A stretch of 64,000 nucleotides of DNA from Escherichia phage UE-S1, in the sequence record ON568341.1. The stretch is one strand, 5' to 3'. The position numbers and the translations under genes are program-made. Positions within the stretch are counted from its first letter, which is position 1, and every line of letters begins with the position of its first letter. The notes below the pieces were generated by a model. That model was not told the origin of the DNA. It saw only the letters and a program-made list of their open reading frames with translations, and did no database searches. This document shows, in pieces, positions 1-10,522 of this stretch.

Positions 1-44
1 GAGAAACATATTTCACAATCCGTCACCCAGAAGGATTTGAATTT

Positions 45-980
45 ATGATTAGTGCAAAAAACATGAATGATTTAATTATCAATAATGATATCATTAAAGG
101 TGTTTTTGTAGACCCAATGTTTTTTAACAATAACTTAGAATTGATTAATGGTAAAACAAAAACATTTGCTAAGTTAGTTGAAAAACAAAATAAAAAAGAA
201 CAACAAAAAGAAACTGTGGCAAGTCTTAAAGTTGGTGATGGTTTCACTTATCTTAAAGAAGATTACTATTACTGCGGTAAAGTACATGCAATTTGTATCA
301 AGAAAACTAAAGAATTTGCATATCCAGATAAAAGTTCAATATATCATTTAGTTTTTAATAGTACTCGTGGAACTTATGCATTGAATCAACGTTTGGATAA
401 TTACAATCTGGAACCTCGTGCACTCTTGAATAAGAAGACTACGACAGATGAAGAAATTAAACTTGCTAATGAATTTTGGCAAAGCTATAGAATAAACAGA
501 CATAACCCATTAGGTGAATCTAACATTCCAGTACTGGTACACAATAAATCATTTAAAGCAAAAGACCTTAAAATTAAATACGAAGAAATAAATGTTGATG
601 ATCTTATGAACAATGGACGTTTCAACGAAAACGTACCATTCATGACTAAAGATAATGAACAATCTTATCGCGTATTTTTTGGTGTAAGTGATAATACGAC
701 ACGTAGTTATTATGGACGTAGCGGGGATTATACTATTCATTATATTGATAAATTTGAACGCTTTAGTGCATACCCAGTTCAAATTGATGATAATGGAATT
801 ATGTCAATGGATGTTGATATTAATGAGCACACATCATTTAGTACATGGAATGGTTATCGTTCTCCATTCTTTCCACCAAATGAACGCAAAACATCAAGTA
901 CTCGTTACTATCAGGATAAACCATGTCACGTCCAATTATCAATTAGCAATCCACTTTTTATTGGAAAGTATTATCTATAA
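45..980 (+). CDS. hypothetical protein (311 aa)
   Basis: Long ORF immediately upstream of ligase in a co-directional array; no motif recognised. Confidence 0.5.
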   Translation: MISAKNMNDLIINNDIIKGVFVDPMFFNNNLELINGKTKTFAKLVEKQNKKEQQKETVASLKVGDGFTYLKEDYYYCGKVHAICIKKTKEFAYPDKSSIYHLVFNSTRGTYALNQRLDNYNLEPRALLNKKTTTDEEIKLANEFWQSYRINRHNPLGESNIPVLVHNKSFKAKDLKIKYEEINVDDLMNNGRFNENVPFMTKDNEQSYRVFFGVSDNTTRSYYGRSGDYTIHYIDKFERFSAYPVQIDDNGIMSMDVDINEHTSFSTWNGYRSPFFPPNERKTSSTRYYQDKPCHVQLSISNPLFIGKYYL

Positions 981-991
981 AGGAATATACA

Positions 992-2413
992 ATGAGCATT
1001 TTAGCAATTCTTGAAAGCATTAAAAATACTAGCAGTACTCTGGGTAAAAAAGCTATCCTTGAACAAAACAAAGATAACCAAACATTACAAAAAGTACTGA
1101 AATATACACTAGACCCTTCAATTGTAAGTGGGTATAAAAAGCTACCACAAGCTGATGATGTCTACCAACATATGACATTAGATGAAGCAATTGATAAGCT
1201 AGAATGCATTTACAAACGTGGTGTAACCGGAAATGCTGGACGTGACTTTATTGCTTCAGTACTGGGTTCTGTATCTGAAGATGATCAGGAAGTTCTACGA
1301 AGAATGCTCACTAAGAACCTTGATTGTGGTATTCAAGAAAAGAACTGCAATGATGTGTTCGGGAAAGGTTTTATCAAAGACGAACCATACATGCGTTGTT
1401 CTTTGATTGACAAAAAGACTGCAAAGAACATTAACTTCAAAGATTATGGTTATGCTATATCAGAAGTGAAAATGGATGGTCAGTACTTGAACCACGTTGT
1501 CATTAATGGTTCATTAACTTCTACATCCCGTAATGGTAAACTATACGACTTCCTGGGTTGTCGTGATGGTGAGATGGCAGGTCTTGCTCACATCATCCAA
1601 AGTAAAGATGAACGTTTTAGTAGTGGTGTAGTCTTTATGGGTGAAGGTGTAGTACTGGACAATGATGGAGAAACCATTCTCCCACGCACTACTGGCAATG
1701 GTATAATTCAGAAAGCTGGAAAAGATAGTATCAGTCAGAATGAAGCAATGCGTACTGTATTTGTTCTATGGGATGTTGTTCCATATGATGCATTTTGTGA
1801 AGGTGTATGGGATGTAAAACGTAAAGAACGTCGCGAGATCTTAGTAGATGCAATTAACGAACTCAGTAGTGATTTTGTTCGTATGGTTGGATTCCGTAAA
1901 GTTCTAAACATCAAAGAAGCATTTGAGTACAATAGTGAACTAATGAACGAAGGTGAAGAGGGTTCAGTACTGAAATGTGAAGATGGTATCTGGAAATCTC
2001 ACACTTCTCCTAAGCAATTGAAAATGAAACTTAAAATGCAATTGGACTTGCGTATTGTTGGTTTCAATGAAGGTGAAGGTAAGCGTAAAGGTAGCCTTGG
2101 TTCTTTACAACTGGAAAGTGCTTGTGGTACATTGAAAGTTAATGTAGGTACTGGAATTAAAGAGAAAGACGCAGAATGGACGTTTAAAACCATTTGGGAA
2201 AGAATGCAAGAACTCATTGGTCAAGTAGTAACCGTGCAGTGCAATGATATAGTGTATGATCAGCGTACTGGCGAACCATCACTATTTTTACCTGTGTTTA
2301 TTGAATTTAGATTTGACAAAAACACTTGTGACGACTATACTCGTATCTTAGAAATTCGTGATAGTGCTGTTGAAGTTTTTAGTAATGCTATCATAAAATC
2401 GTTAACTAACTAA
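992..2413 (+). CDS. ATP-dependent DNA ligase (T4 gp30-like)
   Basis: N-terminus KKAILEQNKDN resembles T4 ligase QKQAILEKNKDN; adenylation motif K-x-D-G (EVKMDGQY); AAGGAA RBS before ATG. Confidence 0.85.
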   Translation: MSILAILESIKNTSSTLGKKAILEQNKDNQTLQKVLKYTLDPSIVSGYKKLPQADDVYQHMTLDEAIDKLECIYKRGVTGNAGRDFIASVLGSVSEDDQEVLRRMLTKNLDCGIQEKNCNDVFGKGFIKDEPYMRCSLIDKKTAKNINFKDYGYAISEVKMDGQYLNHVVINGSLTSTSRNGKLYDFLGCRDGEMAGLAHIIQSKDERFSSGVVFMGEGVVLDNDGETILPRTTGNGIIQKAGKDSISQNEAMRTVFVLWDVVPYDAFCEGVWDVKRKERREILVDAINELSSDFVRMVGFRKVLNIKEAFEYNSELMNEGEEGSVLKCEDGIWKSHTSPKQLKMKLKMQLDLRIVGFNEGEGKRKGSLGSLQLESACGTLKVNVGTGIKEKDAEWTFKTIWERMQELIGQVVTVQCNDIVYDQRTGEPSLFLPVFIEFRFDKNTCDDYTRILEIRDSAVEVFSNAIIKSLTN

Positions 2414-2424
2414 AAAAGAATAAT

Positions 2425-3495
2425 ATGTATACTATTGATGATGAAATAATTAATAATAAATTTATTTCTGATACATACAATGCATATGATATATCTAAAA
2501 TAATTCTCAAGGAAAAGTATCCTCAATTTGATTGGGATACTATTGACCTTGAGAATTTAAAAACTGATGATTATTGTAAAAATGACATTATTGGATATAT
2601 ACAAGATAAAAAAAATATAAAATTGTATGGCATTAAATGTGAAAAATGCTCCCAAAATTACAAACTAAATGGTCTAGGGATATATTTTTCATATAAAGGA
2701 AATTTAGTTAAGGGTAAGTGTCCATGTAATTGTAGTAAGCATAAATTCTACACAAAATATCAAAATATTTTTTTGATTAATGAAAAAGCAAAAACGTTAA
2801 ATTATATTTTTTGTGGTTTTGTTGATGAGTATAAAGGTAAAAATAAAACAAAAATAAAATTATATTGTCCAAATAACAAACATGGTATATGGGATACAAC
2901 ATTAATATATAGTTTTATAGAATCAAACAATGGATGTATTAAATGTGCACATGAATCAGTCGGGTTAAGTAATAGTATAACTTTCGCAGATCATATAAAA
3001 GATTTTTTATCAACTGGTAAGTATAATAAAAATACAAAATTTTGGAAATCTAATAAGATTGACAGTAGAGGATATAATAATTATTGGTTTTGCCAATGTC
3101 CAATATGTAAAACTACAGTTGAGGCATCTACTACAAATCTTAAAAGTGGGAAAGTATCATGTTTATGTAACGGGAACACCCAGCAACAGGGATATATAAA
3201 TTTAGTACTTGACAATGATATACCAATTGCATTAAAATATGGAATAACATCTAATACAGAAGTCAGAGAAAAAACACAAAATCGCAATTCAATCTATGAT
3301 ATTGTAAACTGTGGTGTCTGGGAGTTTGAATCTTCTTTGTTATGTAAATCAGCAGAAGCGGAATGTAAAAGAACTTTCTCACCAGTACTTGAAGCTCGTG
3401 AAATGAAAGATGGATATACTGAAACTACATCACCATTAGATATTGACAAAATCATTGAAATATATGAAAATTGGGGTGGTGTGCGAATAAAATAA
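2425..3495 (+). CDS. Cys-rich hypothetical protein with three repeated Cys-cluster modules
   Basis: Clusters CEKC..CPCNC, CPNNKHG..CIKC, CQCPIC..CLCNG; likely zinc-binding. Confidence 0.5.
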   Translation: MYTIDDEIINNKFISDTYNAYDISKIILKEKYPQFDWDTIDLENLKTDDYCKNDIIGYIQDKKNIKLYGIKCEKCSQNYKLNGLGIYFSYKGNLVKGKCPCNCSKHKFYTKYQNIFLINEKAKTLNYIFCGFVDEYKGKNKTKIKLYCPNNKHGIWDTTLIYSFIESNNGCIKCAHESVGLSNSITFADHIKDFLSTGKYNKNTKFWKSNKIDSRGYNNYWFCQCPICKTTVEASTTNLKSGKVSCLCNGNTQQQGYINLVLDNDIPIALKYGITSNTEVREKTQNRNSIYDIVNCGVWEFESSLLCKSAEAECKRTFSPVLEAREMKDGYTETTSPLDIDKIIEIYENWGGVRIK

Positions 3496-3507
3496 CCGGA
3501 GGTAATT

Positions 3508-4299
3508 ATGAAATTTGTTGTAACGTCAGACGTACACGGTGGCACTGATTACCTCCATAGTGGTGATTACAGTGATACAGTACTGTTCATTGCTGGAGAC
3601 TTCGATGAAGTTAAACGCAGTCGTTACCGTACTGGTATCGAATCACTATGTAAGCAGTTCAAAAATGTAGTGCTGGTTCCTGGCAATCACGAATACTATG
3701 GTTCTAATATCCACAAAACGCATAAAGTTCTATCTGACATGCAAGATGAGATTCCCAATTTCATCTTTTTGCAAAACAAATTTGTATGGCTGGATGGGGT
3801 ACTTCTTGTTGGTAGTACTCTGTGGACAGACTTCGATAAAGGTAACTCTTTGACTAAGTTTGATGCTCGTCAAAAGATGAATGATTATAAACATATCCGT
3901 CATGGAACAACATCCGAGCCTTGGCGTAAGAAGTTGACACCAGATGATACGGAGTTCATGCATTATAAAGATAAACAATTTATTAAAAATTCTATTGACA
4001 CGGCTCGCTTTATGCATGATAATGATTTCAAGGTAATTGTGATTACACATCACGCACCAAGTTATCAAAGTGTTTCACCAAAATATAAAAATGATTCCCT
4101 GAATGGCTGTTACTGTTCAGATATGGATCAGTACATTGAAGATTTGGGTGCTGATATTTGGATTCATGGTCATGTTCATAGTAGCTTTGACTACCACATT
4201 GGTAAGACACGTATCATTTGTAATCCACGAGGCTATGAATCGTACAGTGGTGCTTGTGAGAATTTTGATTACAATCCTAAATTAGTATTTGAAATTTAA
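3508..4299 (+). CDS. calcineurin-like metallophosphoesterase
   Basis: Motifs SDVHGG, IAGDFD, PGNHEY, ITHHAPS, HGHVHSS; GGAGG RBS. Confidence 0.75.
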   Translation: MKFVVTSDVHGGTDYLHSGDYSDTVLFIAGDFDEVKRSRYRTGIESLCKQFKNVVLVPGNHEYYGSNIHKTHKVLSDMQDEIPNFIFLQNKFVWLDGVLLVGSTLWTDFDKGNSLTKFDARQKMNDYKHIRHGTTSEPWRKKLTPDDTEFMHYKDKQFIKNSIDTARFMHDNDFKVIVITHHAPSYQSVSPKYKNDSLNGCYCSDMDQYIEDLGADIWIHGHVHSSFDYHIGKTRIICNPRGYESYSGACENFDYNPKLVFEI

Positions 4300-4311
4300 T
4301 AAGAGGATATT

Positions 4312-4695
4312 GTGTCATTAATTTATTTTGAACTACCCGAATATACCAATTATCCAAGCCGAGTTATTTGCTCAATATATAGTAATGCATACCATCACTT
4401 GTTAGTGAATAGTAATAAAGCTGTGCATTATTATCGAGATAAAGAACCAATTATATTAAAGAATCGTTATGGATTTAACTCAACTGATCCTGAAGTTAAA
4501 CTCTGTGATTTATCAGGGGAAGTGTTGGTTGTAATGAAATGTGATACTAATCTTTTCCATACATACAAACTTAATCAGTACTTTATGGAAACACTTTCTA
4601 TACGTTCCCATGCTCCGATGATTAAAGTTGATTTGAATTATGTTGATGATAAATTAAAATACGATCTCATAAATTCACTTGTTTATTTGGAGTAA
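4312..4695 (+). CDS. hypothetical protein
   Basis: ORF in array, GTG start after AAGAGGA. Confidence 0.45.
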   Translation: MSLIYFELPEYTNYPSRVICSIYSNAYHHLLVNSNKAVHYYRDKEPIILKNRYGFNSTDPEVKLCDLSGEVLVVMKCDTNLFHTYKLNQYFMETLSIRSHAPMIKVDLNYVDDKLKYDLINSLVYLE

Positions 4696-4696
4696 T

Positions 4697-5101
4697 ATGA
4701 ATATACGTTCAGTACGAATATTTTCATTTGTTGATAAGAATGAAAAACACTCTTATGTGTTTGAAAATGTCAATAAGTTAAATCCTCATACAGCAAAAAT
4801 GATTGAAACAATGAAAATCTTTAGCTGGAAGATAGAAGTGTTCCATCTTAATGACGATTCTGTTTTTATATATGATGATGGATGGTATGACGGTGTGTTT
4901 TATGAGGACATTAGCACAACCTCAGATTACTACTTTCTAGTGAGTAATCCACTTTTCAGTACTAACACGTTGTTTGACATTACCATTTCAAACGCGTATG
5001 AAACAAGTCATGTTGAGTTACTTAAGTTTGATCCCGTATTATTCAATAAAGAAACAGCTTACTGGATGACTGATTTCTTTTCAAATATTCCAGTAAAATA
5101 G
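4697..5101 (+). CDS. hypothetical protein
   Basis: ORF in array; start moved to ATG at 4697 (GGAG RBS), directly after upstream stop. Confidence 0.45.
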   Translation: MNIRSVRIFSFVDKNEKHSYVFENVNKLNPHTAKMIETMKIFSWKIEVFHLNDDSVFIYDDGWYDGVFYEDISTTSDYYFLVSNPLFSTNTLFDITISNAYETSHVELLKFDPVLFNKETAYWMTDFFSNIPVK

Positions 5102-5102
5102 T

Positions 5103-5131
5103 TTGGACATTTTAAATCTTAGTGATATAAT
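5103..5131 (+). promoter_or_regulatory. sigma70-like promoter with extended -10
   Basis: TTGGAC - 17 nt - TATAAT preceded by TG; upstream of clpP. Confidence 0.5.
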
Positions 5132-5165
5132 ACTCACAACAACGAAATAATAGAGGAAATTAATA

Positions 5166-5861
5166 ATGGTTGAACAATTCAATTTTGGTGGTTATGCTAA
5201 TGGTGAAGTAAGTAACATTTCTATTCCGTATGTAGTTGAAAAAGTTAATGGTTCAGAGCGTACATATGATCTAGCATCTCGTATGATGCAAGACCGTATC
5301 ATTTTCCTTGATACTGATTTCAATGACCAGATGGCACATATCATCAAACAACAATTGGTGTGGTTAGACTCACAAGGTGATTCCCCTATTACATTCTATA
5401 TTAGTTCACCAGGTGGTTCAGTACATGCAGGTTTGGGCATCGCTGATATTGCTAAATCTTGTGTATCACCAATCCGTACTGTAGTAATGGGTTATGCAGC
5501 ATCAATGGGGTGTTATACACAATCTGTTATTGGGACTAAAGGCTTCCGTTTGGGTGGTAAACGTTCCTACTTCATGTGTCACCAAGTAAGTTCTGGTACG
5601 AAAGGTCTAATTACTGACCAGAAAATTTCACTTAAACATTCTGATGAACTGAACACGTTGCTGACGAAAGAAATCGCTGAAGCTGTTGGTGTTTCTCATG
5701 AACAACTACTGAAAGATGCAGACCGTGATTTGTGGTTGAATGCTGAAGAAGCACTCGAATATGGTGAAAAAGGATTTATCGATGGTATTATCCTTGGACC
5801 ACGCAACGAGAAAGGTCAATACCTAGTCAAGCGTCGTGGTGGTGTTGAAGAGTGGGTGTGA
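5166..5861 (+). CDS. clpP: ClpP-family serine peptidase
   Basis: Motifs SSPGGSV, GYAASMG (catalytic Ser), MCHQ (His); extended -10 promoter upstream. Confidence 0.75.
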   Translation: MVEQFNFGGYANGEVSNISIPYVVEKVNGSERTYDLASRMMQDRIIFLDTDFNDQMAHIIKQQLVWLDSQGDSPITFYISSPGGSVHAGLGIADIAKSCVSPIRTVVMGYAASMGCYTQSVIGTKGFRLGGKRSYFMCHQVSSGTKGLITDQKISLKHSDELNTLLTKEIAEAVGVSHEQLLKDADRDLWLNAEEALEYGEKGFIDGIILGPRNEKGQYLVKRRGGVEEWV

Positions 5862-5916
5862 TTTAGTGATGATTACACTTTATACCCACATTGTGTGGTA
5901 TTTCTAAGGAGCAAAA

Positions 5917-6213
5917 ATGACAAAAACTTTAGTTCGTAATAATTCAGCACAAGAGGCTGATGTTCTTGAAGATTCAGAATTCATCACTGTTGCCCTGGAA
6001 CAAATTAGTACTCAAGCATTGGCACTAAAAGATACTACACAGTCAGAAGACCTATTGGTAGGGATGGCTAATATCCTTGAACTAATGCAGGAAGTTCTAG
6101 TAAAGAACAATATTACACCAATTGATGCAGTACAATATGCTGCAAATCTACGAGCAGAATTCGGTTCATTCTGTGATAAGAAATATATCAGTACTGAAGA
6201 GGAAAAAGAATAA
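5917..6213 (+). CDS. hypothetical protein
   Basis: ORF with GGAG RBS. Confidence 0.5.
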   Translation: MTKTLVRNNSAQEADVLEDSEFITVALEQISTQALALKDTTQSEDLLVGMANILELMQEVLVKNNITPIDAVQYAANLRAEFGSFCDKKYISTEEEKE

Positions 6214-6214
6214 T

Positions 6215-6661
6215 ATGTCTAATGCACAACACAAAGAAGGTTATGACGCGTTTAAAAACAAAGTAGTTTTTAACAATGAACAGCTAAAATCACAGCACCC
6301 ACTATTCCGTCAAGGTTATCGTGCTGCACAAGCTGAAGCTATGAAGAAAAACAACGTAACATTCCCAACAACTCTGTATGATATTCCTAAACGTCCATCA
6401 GTGTTTAAAGCAGAATGGACTGACATTATGGCAGCAACTAAACGTCCTCGTTTTGCTAAACTTCACACTGATGAAGGTCGCTGGATGTTGATGGGTATTA
6501 TGAAAGCAGTCGAAAATCAATCACATAAGATTACTCGATATAAAGATGTTATTGCTATGGTTGATAAAGCATTTGATCTTGTTCTACAATATGGTTATGA
6601 CGAAGGTGTTCTAACTATTGCTGATTGTGAGCAATATCAGTACACCCCATATCAAAAATAA
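6215..6661 (+). CDS. hypothetical protein
   Basis: Track ORF 6122-6661 trimmed to internal ATG at 6215 (MSNAQHKEGY) to remove overlap with upstream ORF; terminator follows. Confidence 0.5.
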   Translation: MSNAQHKEGYDAFKNKVVFNNEQLKSQHPLFRQGYRAAQAEAMKKNNVTFPTTLYDIPKRPSVFKAEWTDIMAATKRPRFAKLHTDEGRWMLMGIMKAVENQSHKITRYKDVIAMVDKAFDLVLQYGYDEGVLTIADCEQYQYTPYQK

Positions 6662-6671
6662 TATAACAAAT

Positions 6672-6703
6672 AGGAATCCTAGTATGGGATTCCTATTTTT
6701 ATT
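6672..6703 (+). terminator. intrinsic terminator
   Basis: AGGAATCC / GGATTCCT stem then T-run. Confidence 0.7.
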
Positions 6704-6765
6704 ACTGCACGTCATCTTTTGATATAAATTTGAATACATTGTTGTTTATAATCTAGAGGGACATA

Positions 6766-7290
6766 ATGAAATACACACACCTAAGTATAGATGATACTAA
6801 TATCTGGTTAGATAACATAATCAAGACATTAGAATTAATTAAACTTACATTACAGAAATCAATTGATATTGAAACTAATATTAAACACGAAATATTAAAT
6901 TATTATCACAGAAACAAATATTGTACGTTTTTCTCTAAATTAATTTATGGATTATATGATAGTGAAGATATTTGTATCGGTTACAGTACTGGTATTTGCT
7001 TTACAATTAATGGTTTTATGAATGATTTAAATTTCCGTCTTTCAGAAGAACAGCAAAAGTTTCGTATATTTTGTGAGAATATTATCGATAAAGATGAAAT
7101 ATCATTTGTTATTGAATTAAATAGAACATGGTCTACATATGCAGATAAACCATTTGAAATTAATGAAACAGATGTGTTAAACTATATTCGAGTCATGAAA
7201 ATTCATGATTTGTGTAAAAATGCATTGTTAAGTATTGGAGCTTATAATGAAACATACGACTTGGTTGAAGATAGCAGAAGTAGTTGCTGA
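6766..7290 (+). CDS. hypothetical protein
   Basis: ORF in array; 3' end overlaps cd start. Confidence 0.45.
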   Translation: MKYTHLSIDDTNIWLDNIIKTLELIKLTLQKSIDIETNIKHEILNYYHRNKYCTFFSKLIYGLYDSEDICIGYSTGICFTINGFMNDLNFRLSEEQQKFRIFCENIIDKDEISFVIELNRTWSTYADKPFEINETDVLNYIRVMKIHDLCKNALLSIGAYNETYDLVEDSRSSC

Positions 7291-7726
7291 GGAAAGTAAA
7301 TGTATTTCACAAAAAGTTGGTTGTGTTATTGTTAAAAATAATCGAGTATTGAGTACTGGATATAACGGTACACCATCAAAGCAACCTAACTGTTGTGATG
7401 TTAATAAACATCTCGTAAACAATGGTCAATTTCAAAATTGGATTGATGAAGATGCAAAACACTTACATCACGAGTGGAGCAACATTCATGAGATTCATGC
7501 GGAAATGAATGCATTACTATATAGTTCACCACTAGAACGTCAGGGTGCAACACTTTACACCACACTTCAACCGTGCTATACTTGTTCTAAGTTAATCGCT
7601 GGTAGTGGTATTTCTCGTGTAATTTACGAAAAATCTTATCCTCGCACTCCACCAGAAGCTATTAAAGTACTGGAAGATGCTGGGATTATTGTTAATTGCA
7701 TTTATGATAAGGGTCTTGATAAATGA
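7247..7726 (+). CDS. cd: dCMP deaminase
   Basis: Zinc motifs HAEMNAL and PCYTCSKL; N-terminus aligns with T4 Cd (ESKC..VG.VI.KN.R..STGYNG). Confidence 0.8.
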   Translation: MKHTTWLKIAEVVAEESKCISQKVGCVIVKNNRVLSTGYNGTPSKQPNCCDVNKHLVNNGQFQNWIDEDAKHLHHEWSNIHEIHAEMNALLYSSPLERQGATLYTTLQPCYTCSKLIAGSGISRVIYEKSYPRTPPEAIKVLEDAGIIVNCIYDKGLDK

Positions 7727-7980
7727 CAGTAATGGTGATTATTGGTTTTTTAGTAATATTGTTATTCATTTTTATTTTATCAATGGTTGTCATTGATGAA
7801 CCTAATAGTTCTGTTAGAAATTATGAAGTTCGTTTTTCGGCACAAAACAATAAGTACTATATTGTAAACTGTGTGCATCGTAGTGAGAAAAAGGTAACTG
7901 GTAGGTTTGGATTTACAATTTATTATAAAGATCGAGTAGAAGCTGATATGATTTGTCAGAAACTTAATACAGTAGAATAA
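7723..7980 (+). CDS. small membrane protein
   Basis: Hydrophobic N-terminus IIGFLVILLFIFILSMVVI; bidirectional terminator follows. Confidence 0.45.
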   Translation: MTVMVIIGFLVILLFIFILSMVVIDEPNSSVRNYEVRFSAQNNKYYIVNCVHRSEKKVTGRFGFTIYYKDRVEADMICQKLNTVE

Positions 7981-8007
7981 AAAAAGGAGCCACATGGCTC
8001 CTTTTTT
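7981..8007. terminator. bidirectional intrinsic terminator
   Basis: A5-GGAGCC-ACAT-GGCTCC-T6. Confidence 0.7.
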
Positions 8008-8281
8008 ATGTTTTTACGTAATATGTATAGACAATTATGTAGTTTGATTTTGCGAATCATATACATAGTACAAAAACCTTCAACACTTGCTTCTTCATCT
8101 TTCAATTTAATGAAGAACGTATCATCTCTTAGATTATTAAAATATATAGTTTACAGAAAATAACTTCTCACTATTAATTTTAGCACCTGTAATTTCGATA
8201 CCATCAATAGAAAAAGGTTAATGCAATTATACTTCACGAAGGAAAGTGCATGAAAATTATCATGCACTATATTATTAAAAT

Positions 8282-10183
8282 TTACGCACTGATTGTTACA
8301 GTTGCAGTATCTGTTTTATTACCATCAGCAGTAGCCACTGTAATGACTACAGAACCTTCTTCTAGAGCAGTTACTAATCCCTCATCACTAATAGATACTT
8401 TAGTAGGTTCATCTGCACTATAAGTTACTGATTTGTTAGTTGCGTTAGATGGAAGAACTTCTGGAACTAGTTGAACTGTTTTAGTACCTGATAGTGAAAG
8501 TTCAGTAGTTTTAGGTGTTAAACTAACACTGGATACAGGAACTGGAATATTAACAGTAATAACACCTTGACCTGTTTTACCACTTCCATCAGCAGCAGTT
8601 GCGATAATGTTTGCAGTACCATTAGTTAGTGCAGTTACAATACCAGTACTAGCATCAACTTTTGCTACAGCAGGTTCACTAGAAGACCATGTTACAGATT
8701 TATTAGTTGCGTTAGATGGAAGAACTTCAGCAGCCATTGCTTGAGTTGCTTTAACAGCAGTCAATGTTTTAGTTGCTGGAGTAACATTAATAGATGCTAC
8801 AGGAACTGGAATATTAACAGTTACCACGCAAACTTTAGTAAATCCACCATCAGATGTGGTTGCTGTAATATTTGCAGTACCGTTTGCAACAGCAGTGATT
8901 AACCCAGTTGGACTTACCGTTGCGACACCCTCAGCAGAAGTAGTGTATGAAATATCTTTACGACGAGCGTTATCTGGAATAACAGATGCAGTTAATTGTT
9001 GAGTAGCACCTACCGAAGTTAGGGTTGCGGTCAACGGAGTCATATTAATACCAGTTACTGGGATCGTTACATCAATCACTGATTCAGCAGTTTTAGCACC
9101 ATCATCAGTGGTAACAGTAATAGTTGTAGTACCGTTATCAACCGAAGTTACTAGACCAGTATTACTAACTTTTGCTACGTCTGGATATGAAGAAACATAT
9201 GAAACTGCTTTATTGGATGCAGTTGCAGGAGCAACGGTTGTTTCTAATTGTTTAGTATCACCTAATGTTGAGAATGTATAAGTACTAGGAGTCATAGTGA
9301 CACCAGATACCGGTGTTTTCACAGTGATAGTAGTAGTATCAGTTTTAGCACCATCTTCGGTTGTTGCTGTAATCACCACTGTACCGTTAGCAACACCAGT
9401 TACTAGACCAGAAGTAGGGTTAACGGTTGCTACATCAGGTGTTGCTGAAGACCATGTAACGTTTTTATTAGTTGCATCATCAGGAGATACTGTAGCCGTT
9501 AATTGTTGAGTACCGCCAACGTTAATTGTTGCAGTTTTAGGAGAAACAATAACACCACTAACTGGAGTTGTTACGGTAAATGCACAAACATCGGTGAAAC
9601 CACCATCATGAGTAGTAACTGTTACATTTGCATTACCATTAGCACGGGCAATTGCTAAACCAGTTTCAGCATCAACTTCAACTATTGTTGGAGCAGAGGA
9701 ACTATAACTTACTGTTTTATCATTTGCATAATCTGGATCAATTGTAGCTGATAGCTGTTGTGTACTACCAACTTTAAGTGCTACAACTTTAGGTGAAATA
9801 ATAACACCATCAACTGGAGTAGTATAATCACGTTTAACCACACGACCATTGTTCAATTTAATAATACGACCCATATAAAGAGTAGTATATCCCTTACTAA
9901 TCCCATCATCTACATAAATCATGAATGAATTGTCTTGAACCATATTAATTGCGTCTACTGGTTTAACGGAATTTGGAATGTCGATACCACGGGTATCATA
10001 CCAACACATGGAAACTTTGTAATAGATATCACCATTATCATTTATGAGATCATAAACGTTACTGGAACGTTGACGGTTAATATATAAAGTTTCGGTTAAC
10101 ACCTTACCATCGATTTTAGCGACAGAAACTTTAATACCACCAATACCAAATGGCAATTTACCTTCACTAGATATTGCTTTCAT
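8282..10183 (-). CDS. Ig-like (Big_2-type) repeat protein, possible virion decoration protein
   Basis: Only convincing - strand gene; ~150-aa N-terminal domain then about six ~80-aa repeats (VTVTTHDGGFTDVCAFTVT, ITATTEDGAKTDTTTITV, ITVTTDDGAKTAESVIDV); AAGGAAAG RBS. Confidence 0.75.
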   Translation of the reverse strand: MKAISSEGKLPFGIGGIKVSVAKIDGKVLTETLYINRQRSSNVYDLINDNGDIYYKVSMCWYDTRGIDIPNSVKPVDAINMVQDNSFMIYVDDGISKGYTTLYMGRIIKLNNGRVVKRDYTTPVDGVIISPKVVALKVGSTQQLSATIDPDYANDKTVSYSSSAPTIVEVDAETGLAIARANGNANVTVTTHDGGFTDVCAFTVTTPVSGVIVSPKTATINVGGTQQLTATVSPDDATNKNVTWSSATPDVATVNPTSGLVTGVANGTVVITATTEDGAKTDTTTITVKTPVSGVTMTPSTYTFSTLGDTKQLETTVAPATASNKAVSYVSSYPDVAKVSNTGLVTSVDNGTTTITVTTDDGAKTAESVIDVTIPVTGINMTPLTATLTSVGATQQLTASVIPDNARRKDISYTTSAEGVATVSPTGLITAVANGTANITATTSDGGFTKVCVVTVNIPVPVASINVTPATKTLTAVKATQAMAAEVLPSNATNKSVTWSSSEPAVAKVDASTGIVTALTNGTANIIATAADGSGKTGQGVITVNIPVPVSSVSLTPKTTELSLSGTKTVQLVPEVLPSNATNKSVTYSADEPTKVSISDEGLVTALEEGSVVITVATADGNKTDTATVTISA

Positions 10184-10219
10184 ATACTTTCCTTTATAAA
10201 TTGTATTGTATTGTTATAT

Positions 10220-10227
10220 TATTTATA
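10220..10227 (-). promoter_or_regulatory. T4-late-type TATAAATA box
   Basis: TATAAATA on - strand ~37 nt upstream of the Ig-like gene start. Confidence 0.4.
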
Positions 10228-10251
10228 TTATAACAAAATTATTTTAGTATT

Positions 10252-10276
10252 AAAAAAGGAGTTCTAATGCTCCTTT
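10252..10276 (-). terminator. hairpin with T-run on - strand
   Basis: AGGAG / CTCCT stem, 8-nt loop, A6 on + strand; lies upstream of the - strand gene. Confidence 0.3.
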
Positions 10277-10493
10277 AAAATATAAAGGAACATACTGTGT
10301 AAATCTGGTTTGGTCAGGTTAATCTTTCAGAGAGAAGGAAGTAGTGAATGACATTTTATCATTAAAATCATCTCCTTATCTTTAAAATGGAATTGTAAAC
10401 TGCCTCTTAATATGATACCATAGTTCAAATGGTAAATCAATGAACTTAACAAAAAAAACTTGATACTACAGTCATAATTGTTCAGTTTTGTGC

Positions 10494-10522
10494 TTGACAT
10501 AATTAATCAATTATTGTACTAT
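10494..10522 (+). promoter_or_regulatory. sigma70-like promoter
   Basis: TTGACA - 17 nt - TACTAT in the divergent intergenic region upstream of 10558. Confidence 0.45.

Noticed and set aside
5166-5861. ClpP as a prohead maturation protease
   Set aside because: No scaffold or major capsid genes are adjacent; it lies in an early-gene context between hypothetical ORFs
5917-6661. Overlap of track ORFs 5917-6213 and 6122-6661
   Set aside because: Resolved by using the internal ATG at 6215 for the second gene, which abuts the first stop; the 6122 start is just the longest-ORF extension
9297-9509. + strand 70-aa ORF inside the Ig-like gene, and the other short opposite-strand or out-of-frame track ORFs (e.g. 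23-247 -, 549-782 -, 1735-1932 -, 3081-3287 -, 15116-15763 -, 26912-27133 +, 60555-60977 -)
   Set aside because: Fully embedded within longer, motif-supported genes; low-complexity translations and no RBS, typical of antisense artefacts in AT-rich DNA
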